A stretch of 60,063 bases of DNA, filler included. It is 3 parts of 3 records of this genome, joined end to end, with 100 filler letters (N's around TTAATTAATTAA, not from the genome) between each part and the next. Parts side by side here need not be neighbours in the genome. Positions count along the whole stretch, not along the records: positions 20,651 to 46,364 come from SRR20825019_376; 2 more parts are not named here. One strand, 5' to 3'. The notes beneath the pieces are model-generated. The model saw only the letters and a program-made list of their open reading frames with translations. It ran no database searches and was not told where the DNA came from. Positions 32,126 to 43,128 of the stretch are shown piece after piece (the first letter of the stretch is position 1; each line of letters starts with the position of its first letter). Both the position numbers and the translations under genes were made by a program.

Positions 32126-34212
32126 TCACCTAAAGTTTTCTCCAAATATTGCTTTTCTTCCTGACTTAACAAAGGGTAAAGTCCTTTAATACGGGCCGTA
32201 TTTCCTTCGGATTGCAGAAAGTCGCCCAAAATGGTTCGGGCCGATTTTTTAAAGTGCCACACGTGATGATTGCATGCATCCACGAGGTTTTTTAGCACGA
32301 TATCGGTAAAGCCACCAATATTTTTAAGATACTCAAAAGCTATCAAACGGGTCTCAAAATGGTGTTCCGCACCCGTGTAACCGCTCAATTCGTCAAAATA
32401 AAGCGCCTTTGAATCGGGATTATATTCAGGGGTTACCAAAGCCAGTGTCAACCAGAGCAGTCGAATGTTTTTATTTGGGAAACCTATAATACCATCGGTT
32501 TCATTGAGGTATTTGCTCCTATTTTTGGGGAAATCCGTCCATAATCGGTACAAAGCAGCCTCTTTGGTGGTATAGCTTTTGTCCTTTAAAAGGTTCTCCA
32601 TCTGCATTTGTAGCTCTGCTGGAATTTTGTCTTGGGAGAGGATTGTCGCCTGCCTGGTCTTTAAATCTCCAGATTGAAGGATAGTGCCCAAAAAATCGGC
32701 CGACAACTTGTCCCCATAATCCAAAACAAGGTTTTCCTTTAATTGACGGGATTTTAATTTTCTCCAATTGTGCTTTAATATTGCTTCGGCCTTGTCGGGT
32801 TGCTCCGCTATCTGTTTTTTAAGCTCAAAATACGTTTTAATGGATGCATTCTTTTCTTGCAAAAAAGAAACCACCTGATTATAGGGAAAATCTGGGTTTT
32901 GCAACCACAATTTTTCAAAATCCTCAAGATTATCGTTCGCTGTTTTTTCAATTTCCGCTATAAAATTGGGAATGGTCACATTCTTAAATGCGTATTTGCC
33001 AAGGTAGTTTTGAACCCCTTTTTTAAAGGCCGTCTCTCCTACCCTGTCTTGTAGCATCACCAAGGCCCATGCACCTTTTTCGTAGAAGGTTAAGCTACCT
33101 GCTCCAGAATTTCGCAAAGCTTCGCCCTGATCATCCTCGGAAAAATTCCGCAGCGCTTGTGCTGTCTTCAATAAATGCCAATAATAATGATCATCGCCAA
33201 AAATATCCTTTTCCGCCAGATATGCGTAAAATGTGGCAAAACCTTCGTGCAGCCAATGGTGTTCACTACTGGTTTCCGTGACCAAATCGCCGAACCACTG
33301 ATGCGCAAGTTCGTGCGCATTGACGTTTACATAGTTTTTGTCCACAAAGGCAGTAGAATCTATCACATACTGATTGGAAAAAATGGTACAAGTGGTATTT
33401 TCCATTCCAGCGTAGAGAAAATCCTGAACCGGAACTTGCTTATAGTTTTGCCAAGGATATCCCACGCCGATTTCGTCCTCTAGAAAGTCAAAAATATGTT
33501 TGCTGTATCGGTACGTGGGCTCCACTTTAGTAAAATCCGTGGGTTCATAGTACAGTTCAATTGGAATTCCAGAAGAGGATTCAACCGTTTTTTTATTGTA
33601 GTCCCCAATGGCAAAACCCACCAGATAGCTGCTCATTGGTTTTTCCATATCAAACTGCCAGGAATACCCTTCGGAATCGGGCAAGGTGTCTTTCTTGACC
33701 AACTTGCCGTTCGCAATTACCGTATAATCCTGTTCTAGGATGATATCCAGATCAAACTCGACCTTTTCGGTCATATCGTCAAAACTGGGCAACCAGCGAC
33801 TGGTATATTTCCCCTGTCCCTGCGTCCAAACTTGCTCATTGTTCCTAACGCCATCATTCCATCCTAAAAAATATACCGTTTGTTTAGGTTTGACTTTATA
33901 ATCCAGCTTCAAGATATGGGTATCTCCTTTTTCCATCTTTTTATTGATGGTAATTTTTCGGCCATTGTAATCAAAATCTATCTTTGTATCATCCAGCAAA
34001 ACCGATGAAAATTCCAAGTCCACAGCATCAAGGTAAACGGAACCTACATCTTCAATTACATCAAATTGATAGGTCACGCTACCATTTATGCGGTTTTCGG
34101 AGGGTGTGGGTTCAATTGCGACTTGGGCGTGGACAAAGTCCACCTTATCCTGAATTTGGGCGGACAACAACTGTGCGAATAAGAAAAAAACAAATACGGG
34201 GCTCAGCTTCAT
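32122..34212 (-). CDS. M1 family zinc aminopeptidase (secreted)
   Basis: AGMEN, HELAHQWFG..WLHEGFA, YEKGA. Confidence 0.93.
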   Translation of the reverse strand: MKLSPVFVFFLFAQLLSAQIQDKVDFVHAQVAIEPTPSENRINGSVTYQFDVIEDVGSVYLDAVDLEFSSVLLDDTKIDFDYNGRKITINKKMEKGDTHILKLDYKVKPKQTVYFLGWNDGVRNNEQVWTQGQGKYTSRWLPSFDDMTEKVEFDLDIILEQDYTVIANGKLVKKDTLPDSEGYSWQFDMEKPMSSYLVGFAIGDYNKKTVESSSGIPIELYYEPTDFTKVEPTYRYSKHIFDFLEDEIGVGYPWQNYKQVPVQDFLYAGMENTTCTIFSNQYVIDSTAFVDKNYVNVNAHELAHQWFGDLVTETSSEHHWLHEGFATFYAYLAEKDIFGDDHYYWHLLKTAQALRNFSEDDQGEALRNSGAGSLTFYEKGAWALVMLQDRVGETAFKKGVQNYLGKYAFKNVTIPNFIAEIEKTANDNLEDFEKLWLQNPDFPYNQVVSFLQEKNASIKTYFELKKQIAEQPDKAEAILKHNWRKLKSRQLKENLVLDYGDKLSADFLGTILQSGDLKTRQATILSQDKIPAELQMQMENLLKDKSYTTKEAALYRLWTDFPKNRSKYLNETDGIIGFPNKNIRLLWLTLALVTPEYNPDSKALYFDELSGYTGAEHHFETRLIAFEYLKNIGGFTDIVLKNLVDACNHHVWHFKKSARTILGDFLQSEGNTARIKGLYPLLSQEEKQYLEKTLGE

Positions 34213-34258
34213 ACCATCATCTTATCAAAAGTCCTTCCAAATTACATATTTTAGTTCG

Positions 34259-36364
34259 ATGAATCCCAATTTTCTGCAAACTCCCATAGCATATCTCAAA
34301 GGAGTTGGCCCCAATAGGGCCGATGTCCTAAAGGCCGAATTGGGCATTGAGACCTTTAGGGACTTGTTGCATCTCTTCCCGAATCGCTATTTGGACCGGA
34401 CGAGTTATTATAAGATCGATCAACTGCAGCCCAGCGGTGCGGATGTCCAAGTGGTTGGGAAAATTGTTCATATAAAAACGGTGGAACAAAAACGGGGCAA
34501 ACGTTTGGTGGCCTCTTTTGTGGATGAAACGGGGCAAATGGACCTGGTTTGGTTCCGAGGGCACAAATGGATCAAGGAAAATTTAAAACTGAACGAGCCC
34601 TACGTGGTTTTTGGAAGGATAAACAAATACGGAAGTGCCTTCTCGATGCCACATCCCGAAATGGAGACTTTGCAAAAGCATCAACAAGGGTTGAAAATGG
34701 TAATGCAGCCCATCTACCCTTCTACGGAAAAATTGAGCAACAAGGGGATCACCAATCGGGTCATCGGAAAAATGGTTCAACAATTGTTCCTGGAATGCCA
34801 AGGCAAGTTTCCCGAATCCTTGTCACGCCCCATTTTGGAAGAATTAAAGTTGATTTCCAAGAGCTCTGCACTCTTCAACATTCATTTTCCGAAGAATCAA
34901 GAATTGTTGGCAAAAGCGCAGTTTCGATTAAAGTTTGAAGAGTTGTTTTTTGTGCAGTTGCGGTTGATATCCCAGAATTTACAGCGGAAGCAAAAGATAA
35001 AAGGGATGCCCTTTGAGGCCGTGGGCGAAAAATTTACCGAATTCTTTGAAAACCACCTACCCTTTGAGCTTACGACAGCGCAAAAAAGGGTAATCAAGGA
35101 AATTCGGAACGATTTGGGCAGCAACGCCCAAATGAACCGATTGCTGCAAGGCGATGTGGGGTCTGGGAAAACGATTGTGGCCTTGATGTGTATGCTTTTG
35201 GCCATTGACAACGGTTTCCAAACCTGTTTGATGGCTCCCACTGAAATTTTGGCAGCCCAACACTACAATGGGCTCAAAGAACTGTTGGAAAACATGGACG
35301 TTAAGATTGCCCTGTTGACCGGTTCCACGAAAAAGTCCGAACGCACCTTGCTCCACAATCAACTGGAAAATGGCAATTTGAACATACTGGTCGGCACACA
35401 CGCGGTTTTGGAGGACAAAGTGCAGTTTCAAAATCTTGGGTTGGCCATAGTGGATGAACAGCATCGGTTTGGTGTGGCGCAGCGGTCAAAATTGTGGCAT
35501 AAAAATCAGACGCCTCCCCACATTTTGGTTATGACGGCAACCCCTATTCCCAGAACCTTGGCAATGAGCCTTTATGGAAATTTGGACATCTCTGTGATTG
35601 ATGAGCTACCGCCCGGAAGAAAACCCATCAAAACGGTCCATAGATACGATAGCAACCGACTAAAGGTGTTTGGTTTTATCAAAGATGAAATTAAAAAAGG
35701 CAGACAAATCTATATTGTCTATCCACTGATTCAAGAATCCGAAGCGCTCGATTATAAAGATTTGATGGATGGTTATGAAAGTATTGTCCGTGATTTTCCG
35801 CAACCCGAGTATCAGATTTCGATTGTACACGGCAAAATGAAGCCGGCTGACAAAGATTATGAAATGGAGCGTTTTGTTAAGGGCGAAACACATATCATGA
35901 TCGCCACCACGGTCATCGAAGTGGGCGTTAACGTTCCCAACGCCTCCGTAATGATCATTGAGAGTGCCGAACGCTTCGGGCTATCGCAATTGCATCAGCT
36001 TCGAGGTCGCGTGGGCCGAGGTGCGGAACAGAGCTTTTGTATTCTAATGACGGGCCATAAACTATCTGAAGATGCCAAAACCCGTTTACAGACTATGGTA
36101 CGCACCAATGATGGTTTCGAAATTGCCGAGGTCGACCTTAAGCTTCGTGGCCCGGGAGATTTGATGGGCACCCAACAAAGCGGTATGCTGAACCTCAAAA
36201 TAGCGGATATCGTTAAAGACAATCAAATTTTGAAAACGGCCCGCTATCACGCCATTCAATTGCTGAAGGAGGACCCAAGGCTGGAAAAAACCGAAAATGC
36301 GCCTATTCTAAATGCCTTCACCAAAATGATGGCCAACAAAACCATTTGGAATTATATTAGTTAG
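34259..36364 (+). CDS. recG: ATP-dependent DNA helicase RecG
   Basis: LQGDVGSGKT, DEQHRFG, MTATPIPRT, QLHQLRGRVGRG, DLKLRGPG. Confidence 0.97.
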   Translation: MNPNFLQTPIAYLKGVGPNRADVLKAELGIETFRDLLHLFPNRYLDRTSYYKIDQLQPSGADVQVVGKIVHIKTVEQKRGKRLVASFVDETGQMDLVWFRGHKWIKENLKLNEPYVVFGRINKYGSAFSMPHPEMETLQKHQQGLKMVMQPIYPSTEKLSNKGITNRVIGKMVQQLFLECQGKFPESLSRPILEELKLISKSSALFNIHFPKNQELLAKAQFRLKFEELFFVQLRLISQNLQRKQKIKGMPFEAVGEKFTEFFENHLPFELTTAQKRVIKEIRNDLGSNAQMNRLLQGDVGSGKTIVALMCMLLAIDNGFQTCLMAPTEILAAQHYNGLKELLENMDVKIALLTGSTKKSERTLLHNQLENGNLNILVGTHAVLEDKVQFQNLGLAIVDEQHRFGVAQRSKLWHKNQTPPHILVMTATPIPRTLAMSLYGNLDISVIDELPPGRKPIKTVHRYDSNRLKVFGFIKDEIKKGRQIYIVYPLIQESEALDYKDLMDGYESIVRDFPQPEYQISIVHGKMKPADKDYEMERFVKGETHIMIATTVIEVGVNVPNASVMIIESAERFGLSQLHQLRGRVGRGAEQSFCILMTGHKLSEDAKTRLQTMVRTNDGFEIAEVDLKLRGPGDLMGTQQSGMLNLKIADIVKDNQILKTARYHAIQLLKEDPRLEKTENAPILNAFTKMMANKTIWNYIS

Positions 36365-36530
36365 CAGCGATTTAGGTTTGTAATTGGAAGACCATACAAT
36401 TCCGCACACTTCTTTGTTATAAATTGAAAATCAACCCTTAAGATTTGTTAACTTTAAAAACAACCCATTGAAATTGCGGTTGAACATCGTAATTTTACCA
36501 GAACCGAAAATCGGTTTCACATACAAATTT

Positions 36531-36538
36531 TAACTTTG
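36531..36538 (+). promoter_or_regulatory. Bacteroidota sigma70 -7 element upstream of the leu operon
   Basis: TAACTTTG matches TAnnTTTG, 14 nt before the ORF start. Confidence 0.55.
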
Positions 36539-36552
36539 TAGGCTTACAAATT

Positions 36553-37977
36553 ATGGAAGACACAATGAGCAAGACACTTTTTGATAAAGTTTGGGATTCC
36601 CACGTGGTAAAGCATATTGAGAATGGTCCGGATGTACTCTTTATTGACAGGCATTTGGTCCACGAAGTAACGAGTCCCGTAGCTTTTTTAGGATTAAAGA
36701 ACAGAGGAATTAAAGTATTGTACCCAGAGCGCACCTTTGCGACCGCAGACCACAATACCCCGACCCGAAACCAGCACTTGCCCGTTAAGGACCCTTTGTC
36801 CGCCAATCAATTAAGGGCATTGGAAGAAAACGCCAACGCCCACAACATACCGTATTGGGGACTTGGACATAGGAAAAACGGCATTGTACACGTAATTGGC
36901 CCGGAAAACGGAATAACGGTCCCCGGAGCCACTATTGTTTGTGGAGATTCGCATACCTCTACCCACGGAGCCTTTGGTGCCATTGCCTTCGGTATTGGAA
37001 CCAGTGAAGTGGAAATGGTATTGTCCACCCAATGCATTATGCAGCCCAAGCCCAAAAGTATGCGTATCAATGTAAGTGGAGAATTGAGCGAAGCCGTCAC
37101 TCCCAAAGATGTGGCGCTTTTCATCATTTCCAAATTATCCACCTCCGGTGCTACTGGATATTTTGTGGAATACGCTGGAGATGTTTTCAAAAATATGTCC
37201 ATGGAAGGCCGTATGACGGTTTGTAACCTGAGTATTGAAATGGGTGCCCGTGGTGGTATGATTGCTCCTGACGAGAAGACATTCGACTACATCAAGGGAA
37301 GAGAATATACTCCAAAAGGCAAGGACTGGGATGCTGCGATGGAATATTGGAGCACGCTTTATTCTGATGGAGATGCTGATTTTGACAAAGAGGTCATTTT
37401 TGATGCGAGCGAAATCGAACCTATGATCACTTTCGGTACCAACCCGGGTATGGGCATTGGAATCAGTAATACCATTCCTTTGGCCGAAACCATTGATGGT
37501 GCCGTTGCGACCTACAAAAAATCCTTGGAGTATATGGACTACAAAGAAGGAGAGCCTATGGTGGGCAAGCCTATCGATTTTGTGTTCCTTGGAAGTTGTA
37601 CCAATGGTAGGATTGAAGACTTTAGAGCTTTTGCATCGATCATAAAAGGAAGAAAAAAGGCCGACAACGTAACCGTTTGGTTGGTTCCTGGCTCGCACAA
37701 AGTGGAAGAAGCCATCAAGGAAGAAGGTATCTTGGATATTTTGACCGAAGCTGGTTTTGAATTAAGAGAGCCTGGATGTTCTGCTTGCTTGGCGATGAAC
37801 GATGACAAAATTCCCGCAGGCAAATATGCCGTAAGTACTTCCAACAGAAACTTTGAAGGGAGACAAGGCCCAGGTGCCCGCACACTTTTGGCCAGTCCAT
37901 TGGTGGCCGCTGCAGCTGCTGTTACAGGTAAAGTAACCGACCCAAGGGAGTTAATTCACGAAGAAGTATTGGCGTAA
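36553..37977 (+). CDS. leuC: 3-isopropylmalate dehydratase large subunit
   Basis: [41 protein letters not shown]; start could be 36565. Confidence 0.97.
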   Translation: MEDTMSKTLFDKVWDSHVVKHIENGPDVLFIDRHLVHEVTSPVAFLGLKNRGIKVLYPERTFATADHNTPTRNQHLPVKDPLSANQLRALEENANAHNIPYWGLGHRKNGIVHVIGPENGITVPGATIVCGDSHTSTHGAFGAIAFGIGTSEVEMVLSTQCIMQPKPKSMRINVSGELSEAVTPKDVALFIISKLSTSGATGYFVEYAGDVFKNMSMEGRMTVCNLSIEMGARGGMIAPDEKTFDYIKGREYTPKGKDWDAAMEYWSTLYSDGDADFDKEVIFDASEIEPMITFGTNPGMGIGISNTIPLAETIDGAVATYKKSLEYMDYKEGEPMVGKPIDFVFLGSCTNGRIEDFRAFASIIKGRKKADNVTVWLVPGSHKVEEAIKEEGILDILTEAGFELREPGCSACLAMNDDKIPAGKYAVSTSNRNFEGRQGPGARTLLASPLVAAAAAVTGKVTDPRELIHEEVLA

Positions 37978-38052
37978 CAATAAACAATGTGCAATTATCA
38001 TTGGACAATCCATTGGTAATTGAGAATTGAAAAACTGATAATTAAATTAGAA
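37978..38052. repeat. AT-rich palindromic intergenic repeat (copy 1)
   Basis: Hairpin CAATTATCATTGGA-CAA-TCCATTGGTAATTG (37992-38022); 3' half homologous to 40203-40240. Confidence 0.6.
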
Positions 38053-38649
38053 ATGGCTTACGATAAATTCAACATACTAACCAGTTCAGCGGTACCATTA
38101 CCCATCGAAAATGTGGATACTGATCAGATAATTCCTGCTCGATTCCTAAAAGCTACCGAGCGTAAAGGGTTTGGCGACAATTTGTTCCGTGACTGGCGAT
38201 ACAATTCAGACGGAACACCAAAGGAGCAATTCGTGCTGAACAACCCCATCTATTCCGGAAAGATTTTGGTGGGCGGAAAAAACTTTGGTTCCGGTTCTTC
38301 AAGAGAACACGCAGCTTGGGCGGTTTACGACTACGGATTCCGCTGCGTAGTATCCAGCTTTTTTGCGGATATTTTTAGGGGCAACTGTCTGAACATCGGT
38401 GTACTTCCTGTTCAAGTGAGTCCAGAGTTTTTGGACAAAATCTTCAAGGCAATTGAAGCCGACCCAAAAACGGAGTTGGAAATCAACCTGCCAGAACAGA
38501 AGATTACCATTCTGGCAACCGGTGAAAGTGAAAGCTTCGACATCAACGATTATAAAAAAGGCAATATGCTCAACGGATTTGATGACATCGACTATTTGTT
38601 GAACATCCAAGGAGATATTGAAAAATACGCAGAAAACACACCCCTATAA
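38053..38649 (+). CDS. leuD: 3-isopropylmalate dehydratase small subunit
   Basis: NVDTDQIIPARFL, NFGSGSSREHA, FADIFRGN; ATG at 38053. Confidence 0.97.
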   Translation: MAYDKFNILTSSAVPLPIENVDTDQIIPARFLKATERKGFGDNLFRDWRYNSDGTPKEQFVLNNPIYSGKILVGGKNFGSGSSREHAAWAVYDYGFRCVVSSFFADIFRGNCLNIGVLPVQVSPEFLDKIFKAIEADPKTELEINLPEQKITILATGESESFDINDYKKGNMLNGFDDIDYLLNIQGDIEKYAENTPL

Positions 38650-38679
38650 CTCATTCGTCGGAACGCTACGTCCATTACA

Positions 38680-40197
38680 ATGAAAACACGCACCATAGAA
38701 ATTATGGACACCACCCTACGGGATGGTGAACAAACCTCTGGGGTTTCTTTTTCGGCTTCAGAAAAACTTACCCTGGCCAAACTCTTGTTGGAAGAACTCA
38801 AGGTAGATCGCATCGAGGTGGCTTCGGCCCGTGTTTCCGAAGGAGAGTTGCAAGCTGTAAAAAGCATTACCGATTGGGCCGCTACGGAGGATTATTTGTC
38901 CAAAGTGGAGGTATTGACCTTTGTGGACAATGGGGTATCGCTCAAATGGATGCAAGAAGCTGGCGCCAAGGTTCAAAACTTGCTCACCAAGGGTTCATTG
39001 AATCATTTAACCCATCAGCTTAAAAAAACTCCAAAACAACACTTTACGGAAATAGAAAAGGTTGTTTCGGAAGGGAATAAACTAGGGATAGACACCAACG
39101 TTTATCTTGAGGATTGGAGCAATGGAATGCGCAGTTCCAAGGACTATGTTTTTCAGTTTTTGGATTTTTTAACCGAGCAACCCGTTAAACGAATTCTGCT
39201 TCCGGACACCCTAGGAATTCTTACACACACCGAGACAAGCGCTTTTCTAAAAGAAATCATTGAAAGGTATCCCAATACCCATTTCGATTTCCACGGCCAT
39301 AACGATTACGATTTGAGTGTTGCCAATGTAATGGAAGCCTTAAAGGCCGGGGTCCACGGATTGCACCTTACCGTAAACGGGATGGGCGAACGCGCGGGAA
39401 ACGCACCTTTGGCAAGTGCAGTTGCAGTAATCAACGATTTTTTACCGGAAATCAAGATAGGCGTAAAGGAATCATCTCTTTACAAAGTAAGTAAATTGGT
39501 ATCTGCCTTTACAGGCTTCAGCATACCTGACAACAAACCTATCGTTGGAGACAATGTTTTTACCCAAACTGCTGGAATACACGCAGATGGAGACAGCAAG
39601 AAGAATCTTTACTTTAACGACTTGCTCCCTGAAAGATTTGGTAGAAAACGTAAATATGCACTGGGCAAAACATCAGGAAAGGCCAACATCCAAAAGAACC
39701 TTCACGAGCTTGGATTGACCTTGAACGATGATGAACTGAAAAAGGTTACCGAACGCATCATTGATCTTGGAGACAAAAAAGAACGCGTAACCAAAGATGA
39801 TTTGCCCTACATCATTTCCGATGTGCTGGACAACAAGCTGCATCAGCAAAAGGTATTTGTAAAATCGTACGTGCTGACCCATTCCAAAGGTTTGAAGCCC
39901 TCCACTACCCTTTCCATCGAAATTGAAGGAAAGACCTATGAGGAACACGCCCAAGGGGATGGTCAATTCGATGCTTTTATCAACGCATTGAAAAAAGTAT
40001 ACAAAAAGGAAGGGAGAGAACTCCCAAAATTGGTGGATTATGCCGTTCGTATCCCGCCAGGCAGTAACTCGGACGCACTTTGTGAAACCCTGATCACTTG
40101 GCAGACCAAGGATAAGGATTTTACCACACGCGGGCTGGATTCAGACCAAACGGTATCTGCCATAAAAGCCACTGAGAAAATGCTAAACTTGGTTTAA
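38680..40197 (+). CDS. cimA: Citramalate synthase / 2-isopropylmalate synthase family
   Basis: DTTLRDGEQ, HGHND, GMGERAGN, AGIHADG plus C-terminal regulatory domain; resembles the Bacteroidota/Leptospira CimA type (inference). Confidence 0.8.
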   Translation: MKTRTIEIMDTTLRDGEQTSGVSFSASEKLTLAKLLLEELKVDRIEVASARVSEGELQAVKSITDWAATEDYLSKVEVLTFVDNGVSLKWMQEAGAKVQNLLTKGSLNHLTHQLKKTPKQHFTEIEKVVSEGNKLGIDTNVYLEDWSNGMRSSKDYVFQFLDFLTEQPVKRILLPDTLGILTHTETSAFLKEIIERYPNTHFDFHGHNDYDLSVANVMEALKAGVHGLHLTVNGMGERAGNAPLASAVAVINDFLPEIKIGVKESSLYKVSKLVSAFTGFSIPDNKPIVGDNVFTQTAGIHADGDSKKNLYFNDLLPERFGRKRKYALGKTSGKANIQKNLHELGLTLNDDELKKVTERIIDLGDKKERVTKDDLPYIISDVLDNKLHQQKVFVKSYVLTHSKGLKPSTTLSIEIEGKTYEEHAQGDGQFDAFINALKKVYKKEGRELPKLVDYAVRIPPGSNSDALCETLITWQTKDKDFTTRGLDSDQTVSAIKATEKMLNLV

Positions 40198-40202
40198 CCA
40201 TA

Positions 40203-40240
40203 CATTGATAATTGTTTATTGAAAACTGATAATTGAAGAA
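40203..40240. repeat. AT-rich intergenic repeat (copy 2)
   Basis: CATTGATAATTGTTTATTGAAAACTGATAATTGAAGAA resembles 38011-38052. Confidence 0.55.
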
Positions 40241-41299
40241 ATGAAATTAAACATAGCGCTCTTGGCCGGAGATGGAATTGGCCCAGAAGTAATAGATCAA
40301 GCCGTAAAAGTATCCGATGCCGTAGCTGCGAAGTTCGGACACGAAATTAGTTGGACACCTGCACTTACGGGTGCTGCAGCGATTGATGCTGTTGGCGAAC
40401 CATATCCAGATCAAACCCACGAAGTCTGTGTGGCCGCTGATGCCGTTCTTTTTGGTGCCATTGGTCATCCACGTTTTGACAACGACCCATCTGCCAAGGT
40501 ACGTCCCGAGCAGGGTTTGTTGAAAATGCGTCAGAAGTTGGGATTGTTTGCCAATGTACGCCCAACCTTCACCTTTCCATCTTTGATAGAAAAATCCCCT
40601 TTGAAAAAAGAGCGCATTGAAGGCACCGACCTTGTTTTTCTGCGTGAACTCACTGGAGGCATCTATTTCGGAAAAAGAGGTCGTGAGGATAACGACAACA
40701 CGGCTTACGATACTTGTACCTATACCCGTGCAGAAGTGGAGCGTTTGGCCAAAAAAGGTTTTGAAATGGCGATGCAGCGTTCAAAAAAGCTATGCTGTGT
40801 GGACAAAGCAAACGTTTTGGAAACGTCCCGTTTGTGGAGAGAAACCGTTCAGAAACTGGAAAAAGACTATCCTGAAGTGGAAGTGTCCTATGAATTTGTG
40901 GATGCCGTGGCCATGCGTTTGGTACAATGGCCAAGCGCTTATGATGTGTTGATCACAGAAAACCTATTTGGCGATATTCTAACGGATGAAGCTTCTGTGA
41001 TTTCAGGATCTATGGGCTTGATGCCTTCCGCTTCTTTGGGTGAAAAGACATCGTTGTTCGAGCCCATCCACGGTTCTTACCCACAAGCGGCCGGAAAAGA
41101 TATCGCCAACCCATTGGCGACGGTTTTGTCCGCTGCAATGATGTTCGAAACGGCATTTGGACTTAAAGACGAGGCCGAGGCCATTCGCGAAGTGGTAAAC
41201 AAATCACTGGCCGAAGGTGTGGTCACCGAAGACCTTGCCGATGGCGGAAAAGCTTACAAGACCAGCGAAGTTGGCAACTGGTTGGCTGAAAATATTTAA
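40241..41299 (+). CDS. leuB: 3-isopropylmalate dehydrogenase
   Basis: [41 protein letters not shown]. Confidence 0.97.
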   Translation: MKLNIALLAGDGIGPEVIDQAVKVSDAVAAKFGHEISWTPALTGAAAIDAVGEPYPDQTHEVCVAADAVLFGAIGHPRFDNDPSAKVRPEQGLLKMRQKLGLFANVRPTFTFPSLIEKSPLKKERIEGTDLVFLRELTGGIYFGKRGREDNDNTAYDTCTYTRAEVERLAKKGFEMAMQRSKKLCCVDKANVLETSRLWRETVQKLEKDYPEVEVSYEFVDAVAMRLVQWPSAYDVLITENLFGDILTDEASVISGSMGLMPSASLGEKTSLFEPIHGSYPQAAGKDIANPLATVLSAAMMFETAFGLKDEAEAIREVVNKSLAEGVVTEDLADGGKAYKTSEVGNWLAENI

Positions 41300-41326
41300 T
41301 CGACCCCCCACATAAAAACCAATAAG

Positions 41327-41353
41327 AAAGCCCCGAATTTCGGGGCTTTTTTT
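41327..41353. terminator. Bidirectional rho-independent terminator
   Basis: AAAGCCCCGAA-T-TTCGGGGCTTTTTTT between convergent leuB and gapN. Confidence 0.9.
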
Positions 41354-41375
41354 ATATGAAAAATGTGTTTCTCCT

Positions 41376-42968
41376 CTACAAAATATAATCGGTACTCAAA
41401 AAATTGCTCACTTTGGCTTCCATTAGTTGCTCCACGGTTTGAACGTTCAAATTGTTGTCCTTAAATGCGACAAATGTTCGGATAGAGAACGAACGCAATG
41501 CATCATGCACGCTCAATGTGGATTGCGCAGAGTCCTTTCTTCCCGTAAATGGGTACACATCCGGTCCACGCTGGCAAGAACTGTTCAGGTTCACCCTGCA
41601 CACCAAGTTGGCCAAGCTGTCGATAAGCGGTGACAAAGTATACACGTCTTTCCCGAACAAGCTTACTTGCTGGCCATAGTTGGATTCTGCCATATCATCC
41701 AATGGCTCTTCAATATCTTGAAAAGAAAGTACAGGAATTATTGGTCCAAATTGCTCTTCTTGATATACTCGCATATCCTTGGTTACAGGATAAAGCACTG
41801 CTGGCCATATGTAATTGTCAAAATGCTTCCCTCCTTTTTTGTTGATGATTTTAGCGCCTTTAGCCAAAGCATCATCCAACAACTCCTGAATATATGCAGG
41901 CTTATCGGGTTCGGGAAGTGGTGTCAGGTTAACGCCGTCGTCCCATGGATTACCGAATTTTAATCCATCGACTTTCTCTGCGAAATTCTTTAGGAATTTA
42001 TCCTTGATTTCATCGTGAACGTAGACCACTTTTAATGCGGTACAACGCTGCCCATTAAAGGACAAGGTACCCGAAATACACTCGTTGACGGTTAAATCCA
42101 ATTCAGCATCGGGAAGTACAATGGCGGGGTTTTTGGCTTCCAAGCCCAAAACCAAACGCAATCTGTTGCTCTTGGGGTGTTGTTCTTGTAAGGCATTCGC
42201 TGATTTACTGTTTCCTATCAAGGCCAGCACATCCACCTTTCCTGTTTGCATTATGGGGGCCGCTACGGTTCTTCCTCTGCCGAAAAGTATATTCACCACT
42301 CCTTTTGGAAAACAACTCTGAAAAGCTTCCAGAAGTGGCGTAATCAACAAAACTCCGTGTTTTGCCGGCTTAAAAATGGTCGTGTTCCCCATGATGATAG
42401 CGGGAATCAACAAAGCAAAAGTCTCATTCAACGGATAGTTGTATGGCCCAAGGCACAACACCACTCCAAGAGGCCCCCTGCGAATGTGGGCATAAACACC
42501 ATCATGCTTTTCAAATTTCGCATTATTGCGGTCTAATTGCTTATATTCCTCAATGGTGTCGTAAATATACTCAACGGTACGATCGAACTCCTTGTAAGAA
42601 TCTGGCTTGGATTTTCCTATCTCCCACATCAAAAGCTTCACTACTTGTTCACGCTTTTGCTCCATTTTTTTTACGAAGGCTTCCATACACTCAATACGGT
42701 CCTTCACTTTCATGGTTGGCCAAAGCCCCTGTCCTTTGTCGTAGGCTGCCAAAGCGGCCTCCAAAGCATCCAAGGCCTCGGCTTCTCCCATATCGGGCAC
42801 ACTCCCCAAAGCGGTAGGCGCGTATTCTTCAGTTGATGAAATGGTAGATACTACTGGGGTGGTTTCACCCTCCCATTTACGTAATTCCCCGTTGACCAAA
42901 TATGTTTTTTGATGAATCTCTTCGGTTATCTGAAAAGCTTCTGGTATTGCCTTTGTAGTTGTTGCCAT
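41376..42968 (-). CDS. gapN: NADP-dependent non-phosphorylating glyceraldehyde-3-phosphate dehydrogenase
   Basis: ALDH fold: [46 protein letters not shown]. Confidence 0.88.
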   Translation of the reverse strand: MATTTKAIPEAFQITEEIHQKTYLVNGELRKWEGETTPVVSTISSTEEYAPTALGSVPDMGEAEALDALEAALAAYDKGQGLWPTMKVKDRIECMEAFVKKMEQKREQVVKLLMWEIGKSKPDSYKEFDRTVEYIYDTIEEYKQLDRNNAKFEKHDGVYAHIRRGPLGVVLCLGPYNYPLNETFALLIPAIIMGNTTIFKPAKHGVLLITPLLEAFQSCFPKGVVNILFGRGRTVAAPIMQTGKVDVLALIGNSKSANALQEQHPKSNRLRLVLGLEAKNPAIVLPDAELDLTVNECISGTLSFNGQRCTALKVVYVHDEIKDKFLKNFAEKVDGLKFGNPWDDGVNLTPLPEPDKPAYIQELLDDALAKGAKIINKKGGKHFDNYIWPAVLYPVTKDMRVYQEEQFGPIIPVLSFQDIEEPLDDMAESNYGQQVSLFGKDVYTLSPLIDSLANLVCRVNLNSSCQRGPDVYPFTGRKDSAQSTLSVHDALRSFSIRTFVAFKDNNLNVQTVEQLMEAKVSNFLSTDYIL

Positions 42969-43128
42969 TAGTTATTGTTTTTAAGCGATTAGTGTTGATA
43001 AATGGTCGCCCATTCTACACAAAGCTAACAGAAAAACCATTGAAAATCACGTTGTTTTTTACGCAAACGCTTTCGTGTAGATCGAAAACCAACCTTTATA
43101 ATAATGATGCTTGAAAATGTTGGTGGCA

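Noticed and set aside
36365-36552. Leu/Ile leader-peptide attenuator before leuC
   Set aside because: No short Leu/Ile-rich ORF with terminator/antiterminator hairpins evident.
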